Below are positions 55,024 to 64,000 of a DNA stretch of 64,000 nucleotides, piece after piece (the first letter of the stretch is position 1; every line of letters begins with the position of its first letter). A program made the translations under genes and the position numbers. The DNA lies in contig OX597820.1 of the NCBI GenBank assembly GCA_951406725.2, forward strand, positions 126,914,001-126,978,000, written 5' to 3'. This DNA comes from Octopus vulgaris (taxonomy: Eukaryota). Below the pieces are notes generated by a model, which saw only the letters and a list, made by a program, of their open reading frames with translations, was not told the origin of the DNA and made no database searches.

Positions 55024-55072
<49 letters not shown>

Positions 55073-55730
55073 GTCTTTTAGCCCTTCTTCAACATGTTTC
55101 AGTCATTAGATTGCGACAATGCTGGGACACCTGCACTGAAGGGTCTAAGTCGAACAAATCGATACTTGTACTTAGTCTTTAAAACCTGGTACTTAGTTTG
55201 GTTATCTGTCTCTTTTGCTGAACTGCTAAGTAACACGGGCATAAACAAAGCAACACCGGTTGTCAAGCGGTGGTGAGGGACTAGCATAACACAAACACAT
55301 ACGTTGATAGATATACGCATATACATACGATTGGCTTGTTTCAGTTTCCGTCAACCAACTTCACTCACAAGGTTTTAGTCATCCAAAAGCCACACGGTTG
55401 TTAAGCAAGCTTCTTAACGACACAGGTATGCCTGTGTCTCTATAAAAGAGAATGTATCGTATAGATAGGTAGATAGATTTAAAGTCGTTTGGATTTATCT
55501 TATATACATTATATATATATATATATTATATACATATAATATATATATATTTATATATAATGTACTGTTCTGTGATAGAAAATTCAACAAAAAAATGTAT
55601 GCCATCTGGTGGGAGATAAATATTATTTATTTAAAGGTCACAATACATGTATTGAAGCGCTACTAACAGTTTCATATAAGTTGAGAAAACCCAACATATT
55701 TTTCAGGCACAAAACACGTATATGTGGTTT

Positions 55731-55783
55731 GCGCCTGAAGAATATGTCTGAGTTTTCTCAACATATGAAACTATTAGTAGCGC
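55731..55783 (+). ncRNA. Type I hammerhead ribozyme, canonical core
   Basis: GCGC CTGAAGA ATATGT-CTGAGTTTTCTCA-ACATAT GAAAC TATTA GTA GCGC; inverted partner (CTGAAAA) at 55657-55710. Confidence 0.85.
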
Positions 55784-55817
55784 TTTAATAGATGTATTGT
55801 GATCATTAAATAGAATA

Positions 55818-55850
<33 letters not shown>

Positions 55851-57863
55851 AAGTTTTCATCTACTTAATTTTACTCACGTGAAACTAAGTAAAAATGACA
55901 GGAGCCTAAGATTCCACGCAGCGAGACTGAACCCGTGGAACAGGTTACGAAGCAAATTTCTTAACCATTTGCAATACTCCTCCCCACACGTTGCCAGTAG
56001 ATTATCTTAAATGTATTAGAAAGGTTAACCTGTACTTAAATGTTCTCTTCTCTTTCCCTCCAATGACGTTGATTAGCATTTCTCTTGCCTGCACCCGCAA
56101 TCGGGAATTTTTTCTAGGAAGAGATGAAGAAAAATGTATTAAAAGAACTCTTAAGAATTATAATCATTGCTTACTAGGATGGCAAGTAGATATTTGGAAG
56201 AAGTAACAAGATAAATAAAATTATTACAAAGGTGAACGAGTACCTAGATATTAACATTTTCCTTTGGTGCAATTATCTGGATTTAATAACACTTTCATGT
56301 CTGTAGCAGTCCACCAAATCATGTAAAAATCTCTCTAAAGCGTACGCAGAACTGAGGGAATTTATGTATATATATTTGTTTAGCTGTACGCTACATTTTT
56401 AGTTTATTTGTATTTATTTATGCTATCCAACTATGCTAAGCATTCTTGTAGATAAAAAGAAAAAAGTAACATTAAAATTTAGGTTTCGGGAGGAAAGAAA
56501 GCACAAGAAAAACTTATTCTGATTAACTCTTTATTGTTTGCGTAAGTGAATCAAAGGCGCTCCTATCAATCAAACCTAATAAGACGGTTACATGCTATTT
56601 TCTTTCTTTCACAGTAAGAAAATAACTAAAAGAAGATTAAAAGTTCCGTTGGAAACTTATCAAAGTTTATTTCTTTATTAGTACGAAATTCCTAATCGAT
56701 AAAATAGAGATATTTTCATAAATCCAAATCTGAATTCGTAAGTTGACATTGAAAATAGAACTGGAATTGAAATTCACTTTCAAAAATGGTCTCCTAATGG
56801 ATAACATTAAAATCTATAACGAATTTCCTCCATCGTTCAATAAATTCTACTATTTTCACCTGAATATTTATAAATAGAATAACGGACCTCATTTTCGGCT
56901 TCCCGAAATTTAGTATTTTCAACAAGTTGTACCTTATATTGAATAAACAGACCCTGTTTTTTGAAGCTGGTTAATTTGAAATTGGTGTGTGAAAAATAGG
57001 TCTGTTTTTTTTGTTTTTTTTTTGAGTGGATTAATAAAGATTTGTAGCAGGACGCGATCTTGTGTTGTCACATTGCTGTTTTCAAATCACATGTCAAGGG
57101 CTCGATGAAGTGTGCCATCCAATCAAAAGCCATACATCACGTGAAAGATGATGCTGGAAAGCCCTGGAATTTTCCCTCTAATGGTTATAAATAGAATTGA
57201 TTTTAGGCGCCAATTCTCAGAATGTTGTAAACGTGAGGCGGGAATGATGATCTCCACTCTCGCTAAGCCGTCCTAACGACTGCATGCTTAAAGCGATTTG
57301 CAATTGGAGCGGCAGACATGAGACAGAGCATGTAGAGATGCTCCTGTAATCCAGTCCTTGTGCTAAGCTTTTGATATTCACCTATTTGCATGTTGCATTA
57401 CATTTCTTTCATCTTACTGACTCTACGTATATTTCTAATGCATGACCAACTTTATATGACTTGTGCAGTGTGTTGCTGCTTCGTATAGATGTACCACAAA
57501 CGTATGGCAAACGTACGGTAGACTACAAAATAGGAAAAATACAAAATAAGACAAACTTAAATACAAAAATTATTTGAACAGGGTTTTACTGATATTTGAC
57601 TTCCTGATATGCAACTTTCTTGTTAATTACGACTGACACACACCAACGCTGGCGAAAAGTACCGAATGGGAGAAAACAAAATGTCGGATAGACTGAAACA
57701 CTTTCACCCGTGAATATACAATTCTCTACACATCATTATATGTCTCAGGTTAATGTAAGGAAAACAACTAGATATATATAAATTATCTTACAAAAGCTTC
57801 GTCGGCTCAATAGAAAATTGGTCACACTGGTACAAAGCCACGTTCGCAATAACATGAGATAAT

Positions 57864-58438
57864 CTATTTCTTTACTGCCCACAAGGGGCTACACACAGAG
57901 AGGGCAAACAAGGACAGACAAACGGATTAAGTCAATTATATCGACCCCAGTAACTGGTACTTAATTAATCGACCCCGAAAAGATGAAAAGTAAAGTCGAC
58001 CTCGGCGGAATCTGAACTCAGAACGTAACGACAGAAGAAATACCTATTTCTTTATTACCCACAAGGGGTTAAACACAGAGCGGACAAACAAGGACAGACA
58101 TAGGTATTAAGTCGATTACATCGACCCCAGTGCGTAAATGGTGCTTAATTTATCGACCCAAAAGGATGGAAGGCAAAGTCGACCTCGGCGGAATTTGAAC
58201 TCACAACGTAACGCAGACGAAATACCTATTTCTTTATTACCCACAAGGGGCTAAACACAGAGGGGACAAACAAGGACAGACATAGGTATTAAGTCGATTA
58301 CATCGACCCCAATGCGTAACTGGTACTTAATTTATCGACCCCGAAAGGATGAAAGGCAAAGTCGACCTCGGCGGAATTTGAACTCACAACGTAACGCAGA
58401 CGAAATACCGCTAAGCATTTCGCCCGGCGCGCTAACGT
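57864..58438 (-). mobile_element. Head-to-tail trimer of SINE family A
   Basis: Three ~180-bp units starting at 57864, 58044 and 58226. Confidence 0.92.
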
Positions 58439-59209
58439 GAAATAATCAAAGAACATTCAGGGACGAAAGCGGGTTTTCTGAGATATAGACAGACACAAAA
58501 GGGACCCCCACCCCCCAAAACCCCGATCCCAGATACAAACCGGTGATAACTAATACTAAATTTATCTTTGGAGATAACACAGTGTTAATAAAGCATGTTT
58601 AAATGTGTTGAAGGCGTTAAATTATTCCACGCAGCTTCCGCAAACCAACAAGCCACCCTCACAACACATCCCAGCAACTTTGGTGTGACCCAAGCAACAG
58701 ATTCATTGAGAAGTTAATATGGTGACTTGGTTGTATACGGGAAAGATACACAGTCTAACTAATACCTGGGAAAATGCAAGCACAGGACCACCCCCACCCA
58801 TCTCCTGCCTGACAAAGCCGCATCAACGGAGCTCCCGCCTCTGCAGGGACGGAATAGAATCGCAGGATCACAAAGGAAACGTGCGCTGCGCAAGTTCAGA
58901 GTCAACTCCTTGCCTTTAGTCCCACGCCTAATGCCCGACCGGCGGCAGAGCCTTCCAAGCACGCATTGGACTGATTGGGCACAGCCGGACACACCGCCAT
59001 CCATCTTTTTGGTGGGGAAACATCATATATATATATATATATATACATACATACATACATACATACATACATACATACATACATACATACATACATACAT
59101 ACATGCATACATACATACATACATACATACATACATACATACATACATTGGTGGAATGTCCCAGTGAAAAGCTCAATAAAATTTAAAACAAAATAGACTT
59201 GATATAATG

Positions 59210-59750
59210 ATTTGGGTCAGAGGACAACTGCACAGCAGAAGAAAGCAGCTACGCAGCAGATGTTAACATAAATCTAAAGATCAGCGAAAAAGAAAATACC
59301 TTTGCTGAACTACTGAGAAATCTAGAGTTTACTCAACTCAAATTACAAGTCCAGGTTGATAACTTTAATTTTGGGGAGCACTGGGGTATGTAACACTGTG
59401 TCAATCTTGAGAAATTAGACTTCTCAAAACCAGAAAGGAGGAAGCTGATTTTCGAAGACTACAAATTCAAGCTACCACAGGAACTGTTAAAATTTGTAAG
59501 ATTGTCCAGAAGTTTATCATTTAAGTATATATGTGCATGTTTAGACATGCAACTATTTGCATCAGAATATATGCATAAAACAAATCATACAATCTGCACG
59601 TGCACTGACTCCAAATACAACACATGTACACACATACATGCAAAAATATCCTGTTTATGTTGTTGAAATTGCAATGAAGGAGCCTTGGTTCTAGGTTCGA
59701 AACCGGCTGTTTCTCTATTGGCAGGAAAACTTGAAATAGAACTGAATAGT
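59210..59750 (+). mobile_element. R4/Dong-like 3' fragment, copy 3
   Basis: KISEKENTFAELLRNL plus the shared 3' UTR, ending at a (CATA)n tract. Confidence 0.68.
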
Positions 59751-59782
59751 GACATACATACATACATACATACATACATACA

Positions 59783-59814
<32 letters not shown>

Positions 59815-60789
59815 ATCAGGTCCTGGCGACCCATTTTCCCACCATGGAGAGAATGATGATAGGAGGAGGAATTTAAAATCTGAATGTACAGAGCCGGAAC
59901 AGACACCACAAAGCATTCCATCCAATGCTCCACCAATTCCACCAATCTGCCTGCCTTTACTGCTACTTTATTTATTGAATCCAAACGTAAGAAAAGCAAA
60001 GCTGAGCTCAGCAGGATTTGAACTCCGGGCATAAAAAGCTCGAAGAAACACTGCTTGGCATTCGACCCAATATTCAAATAACTCAGCCAATTCGATATCT
60101 TTGGGAAAAGCATGAACGTCCTAACTTCTCATTTTTAACATTTTTCTCCTAAAATATATGGTTTTCCTTCGTAGTCAAGAGAAATTATGTAATCAATATT
60201 TATGCACATTGAATGCCAAAAATATAATTTCCAAAATAAAACCAATTTAGTAGAGAATTAATTCCAAATCCAAATACTGCCAATGCCAAGAACTAATCAA
60301 TTCAATGTTAATTGATCCGGAAGCCTTATGTTTGGGGCATTCAGTCAATATTACTTCTATTGAAATGGATTTGCTTGGGAGTTAACCCGACCATTGTGTT
60401 CGACAATGGGAGAAAACTCAAAGGAATGTAGGGGAATGGTGTGAGTTTCCTGGGATTTACAGAATTGGTTTCAACAAAGAATGAAACTGATAAATCAGCA
60501 TCAAAAGGTTTTCATTTACACCACAATCAGTTTTATAGGAAAATATTTTAATCTGTAAAAGGAGATACTAATCCAACCAGCCTCCGTTTACAGTCATAAT
60601 CCATGTTGAACGTGCTACTCTCAGACTACCGAAACGTGTCGACCTGCTTGCTAGACAGAGCAGCCAAATACATCACAAATCTAACTTAACATCTTTCTAA
60701 AAGTGAGAGAAAGCATTGACTAATGTAGTCTTAGGTTCGATTATCATTTATCGTTTCGGTTGGTTGGAAGCGACTGCGTCAAATAACTT

Positions 60790-61760
60790 TATAAGTCCTC
60801 CAAAGTTTGTGAAGTTGATATTCAGTTTCAACTGCAATATGACACCTTTGAGAAAAACGTGGATGGAGAAGGAAATCAAGGAGGTTAATTTCCTGGAGAA
60901 AAAAGCGATTACGTATAATGGTCAGTATGGGGAAGAGGCACAGAACAGATGACAATATGAGAAGAGAGCAGTGTGTTAGCTGGAGATAGTACGCGATTAA
61001 AAAGTTCAAACCACTGTAATAATTGCAGAAGAGACCGAGTGATAAAACAATGCTTCTGTAAGCTAGATGCAAGAGTATCCTGGGAGTGAAGGCGCATAGC
61101 TCAGTGGTTAGAGCGTCGATCTTACGATCGTTAGATTGTGCGTTCGAATCCCGGACCGGGCTGCGTGTTGTGTTCTTGAGCAAGATACTTTATTTCACAT
61201 TGCTCCAGTTTACTCAGCTGTAAAAATGAGTTGCGACATCACTGGTGCCAAGCTGTATCGGCCCCCTTCGCCTTTCCCTTGGATAACACTGGTGGCGTGG
61301 AGAGGGGAGGCTGGTATGCATCGGCGACTGCTGGTCTTCCATAAACAACCTTGCCTGGACTTGTGCCTGGGAGGATAACTTTCTAGGTGCAATCCCGTGG
61401 TCTGTAATGATCGAAGGGGGTCTCAGACTCAGGAGTATCCTGGTAAGTGTGTCCTTGACAAACAGCCGGACGTCTTTCTTTTGGATGCGATGAAGGATGT
61501 TTTTTTGTGTAGCAGGGGCTCCGTTTCAAATGAGGAAGTAGTATTTCATTGCGTCTCATTTAGGCTTTGTAGAATATTTATAGCTTTTCGGAATTGAAAT
61601 ATTTTCTAGCTCTATAGAAAGCTAGTCTTTGGGGCACACTTGACAATGGAATCAGTACTGACAATCCTTTGATTAGAAATCTGTTGAATTAGGGTTGATT
61701 TGGGGCTTAAAAGACCCTTAAAAGACGATTGAAGTTCTTTCAATAAATTCAGAAAATGTA
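60790..61760 (-). mobile_element. Old CR1/Jockey-like LINE 3' fragment interrupted by a SINE
   Basis: Frameshifted RT C-terminal-like segments (IFYK.., HRIQKK.., LAYRSIVLSLGLFCNYYSG). Confidence 0.45.
61088..61424 (+). mobile_element. Full-length SINE family B
   Basis: tagctcagtggttagagcg A box, cgttcgaatccc B box; TSD gagtatcctgg at 61073-61083 and 61433-61443. Confidence 0.92.
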
Positions 61761-62599
61761 AGAACTCAATACATTGAGACGTTAATAGCTACAACACAAA
61801 TATGTATGGGGCGTTTACGTGGTTGTTCCGTCTGCTAGAATAAACAACTAAATTTTTCACATTTTTAAAAGTGGGAAGGTAACGGAAACTTTTTTTTATT
61901 ATAATATAGTTCTCAATAAAGATTTAAACGAAGATGGAATGGTCATAGTTGGAGCACCGTTAATACTATGTCTACTCTTTCAAGACTGGCGTGGAGCTAA
62001 ATAACACAGACCGCTGTAGAATCGCTGTTTGGACGTAGAATTACTTGTACTTGTGACGGCGTTCACCCAGGGCGGGTTGAGCCGGCTCCTTCTCTCATAG
62101 AAGAAGTTTCGTGGGAATATTGAATTCACAAACGGTCCCCAACATCCCGCATGCATATCCCGAGTGATGGGACGCCCTGTTTGCCGCGGAGTCTTCACAG
62201 ACGCAGGGACAGAACGACCTCGAAGCCGCAGGTTGCCGATCAGACGCCTCTTGAATGACATCTAGGGATGTAACGTCTGGTTTTACACGTCGATATTTCT
62301 GTGTATCGGTAGTGGGTCTTCTGAAGTTACAAAATGGCTGTTGCAGCGAGAGCTGTTTAGTTTTGTGATTTTAACTGTAACTTGTGTTCTTGGAAGCCAT
62401 GTTATTCGGGTAAGAATCGCTGACACTGATTTTATTGGTGTTGATTTTTTTTTTTTCATGTATTGGTCAGAAATGTCTTACAGGGGACAGAAAGCTGCTG
62501 AGTATATTAATGGCTACATTCAAATTGCAAAGTAGATTGGACCAAGTTAGCTTCTTTTTCCTCGTTCTTCTATGGTGTAGACTTTACGTTGTACACTCA

Positions 62600-63557
62600 C
62601 TTCTCGTGGAAACCGCTTCTAACCAGTGCAATTGTTATAGAAAGAGCTGGCCTTGATAAAGATATGTCCGTCTGAGAATATATCAGACACTCCTATAGCA
62701 TTCATTATTAACCTGGTACCTAGATCGCTAATTATGATAAATTCTCCCCCAACGCTGAAGAAATTTAGAGATTGATGGGTAAAGATATTATTCCAGCTGC
62801 AAGATGCCCAACAATGCTCGCGGTGTGTTTCGTATCTTTGAAGCATGTGGTGGTGTCATCCGGATTTCTAGTGTTAGGCTTAAGATATTAGCAATTGTTG
62901 AGTTGATGCTAATAATTACGTTTAAATGAATCTCTTTGAAAACTTCTGTTGCATCCTTTCTAAATCTATCTACGATGTGGCCATTCATATTGTACGAGAT
63001 TACTAAGCCATCATCTCTATTCAGTCCGAAATTTATTAGGAGTGATTCAACGTGTTGACAATGAACAATCTTACGAAGTTGGTCACCTCAGCTCCATTAC
63101 AATCTCTAAGGAGACATTGAACAAAATATCGTCCCCCACAAACATTGTAATATAACACATTCCTATAGCATTCATTATAATCCTGGTGTCTCGATCGGTA
63201 ATTGTGATTAATTCGCTCCCAATGTTTAGGGCTTTCAGTTGAAGAGATTTGGAGATTGATGGGTAAAGTTCACTAAATCAAATTCAGTGATTCCACCAGA
63301 TAATTCACCTTTTAATAACAGCAGCATTGCAGTTCCATTCATCTATTTAATGTTAATCGTATCGATAATACGCTTGCTGGCTATCTTCACTTCTCTTTTG
63401 GAGGAGTTAGTTAATCGATTTTTAGAGCTGCAAAGAAAACTGGATTTGCGATCTTTAAGAGTCTGTAAAGATTCCACAAGGTGAAGAGGTCCACGTAGTT
63501 TTTTGCTTTTGGATAGGATGCCTTCGCTTCTGTATTTAAGGCTTTTAAAGATGGTGG
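62600..63557 (-). mobile_element. Penelope-like reverse transcriptase pseudogene fragments
   Basis: Minus translation: (E)LYPSIS, CNGAEVTN (GSYDGAEV-like), FGLNRDDGL (YRDD-like catalytic motif); internal duplication 62690-62790 vs 63160-63265. Confidence 0.75.
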
Positions 63558-64000
63558 GGATCTTTTCGGTTTGAACGGCAGTTTTTTCTAGCGGTGTCAT
63601 ATGAAATTGTCACCCTTAATTATGACCCTAGTATCGATCTATTGCATTTCAATCTGTTTTAAAGTTAGGGTTAGGGGGAAGGGTTAGTTAGGGTTATTTA
63701 GAATTATTTAGGGTTAGGGTTAGTTAGGGTTAGGGGTGGGGGAAGGGGTTTTTTTTATTCAGAAATGTAAATAAACCCAATCTGTCTCTTAAACGAGGGA
63801 CATATTCATACAGCACAGAATGTTTTCACCTCAATAGACGTCATTGATTGGTTGAAATTGCAGAAATTGAAGAAAAAATACAACAAATATCTTACAAACT
63901 ATAGAATTTTCTCAATAAAGCCAAGAAAAAAAGATGTTTTATAAACACATTCTAGCAGTATACGAAGTTTAAAAGTGTTTAGTTACGTGGAAATTATTTT
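63558..64000 (+). mobile_element. TTAGGG-bearing MITE, copy 3 (runs off the window)
   Basis: Intact left TIR GGATCTTTTCGGTTTGAACGGCAG; colinear with copies 1 and 2; TTAGGG units at ~63665-63740. Confidence 0.9.

Noticed and set aside
57864-58438. CRISPR-like or satellite array
   Set aside because: Units are whole SINE bodies without unique spacers; eukaryotic context.
58680-59025. Gypsy 3' internal region with polypurine tract
   Set aside because: Only a GGTGGGGAAAC motif; no integrase motif or LTR follows, so support is insufficient.
61088-61160. tRNA gene-like sequence (also at 13307 and 24963)
   Set aside because: A/B boxes run into a multi-copy SINE body with TSD; no closing acceptor stem.

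Overview
AT-rich, repeat-saturated eukaryotic DNA with abundant (TA)n, (CA)n, (GA)n, (CATA)n and (GATA/GACA)n microsatellites. The SINE families and overall architecture look like a cephalopod (Octopus-like) intergenic or deep-intronic region (inference). I see no intact host protein-coding gene; nearly all listed ORFs are microsatellite or SINE read-throughs. Recognisable content: decayed pogo, mariner, Tc1 and hAT transposases; TA-, 8-bp-TSD and Helitron-type non-autonomous elements; Penelope-like (PLE), RTE, R4/Dong-like and CR1/Jockey-like retroelement fragments; and at least four SINE families. The most notable signal, not visible in the ORF track, is about 11 type I minimal hammerhead ribozyme (HHR) motifs. 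They lie in unrelated short non-coding elements embedded in (TA)n tracts; several are in inverted pairs and three share a CCGANGA core variant. Also notable: a Tc1 transposase interrupted by spliceosomal introns, a MITE family carrying (TTAGGG)n, and a head-to-tail SINE trimer. Coordinates were read by eye, and decayed element boundaries are approximate.
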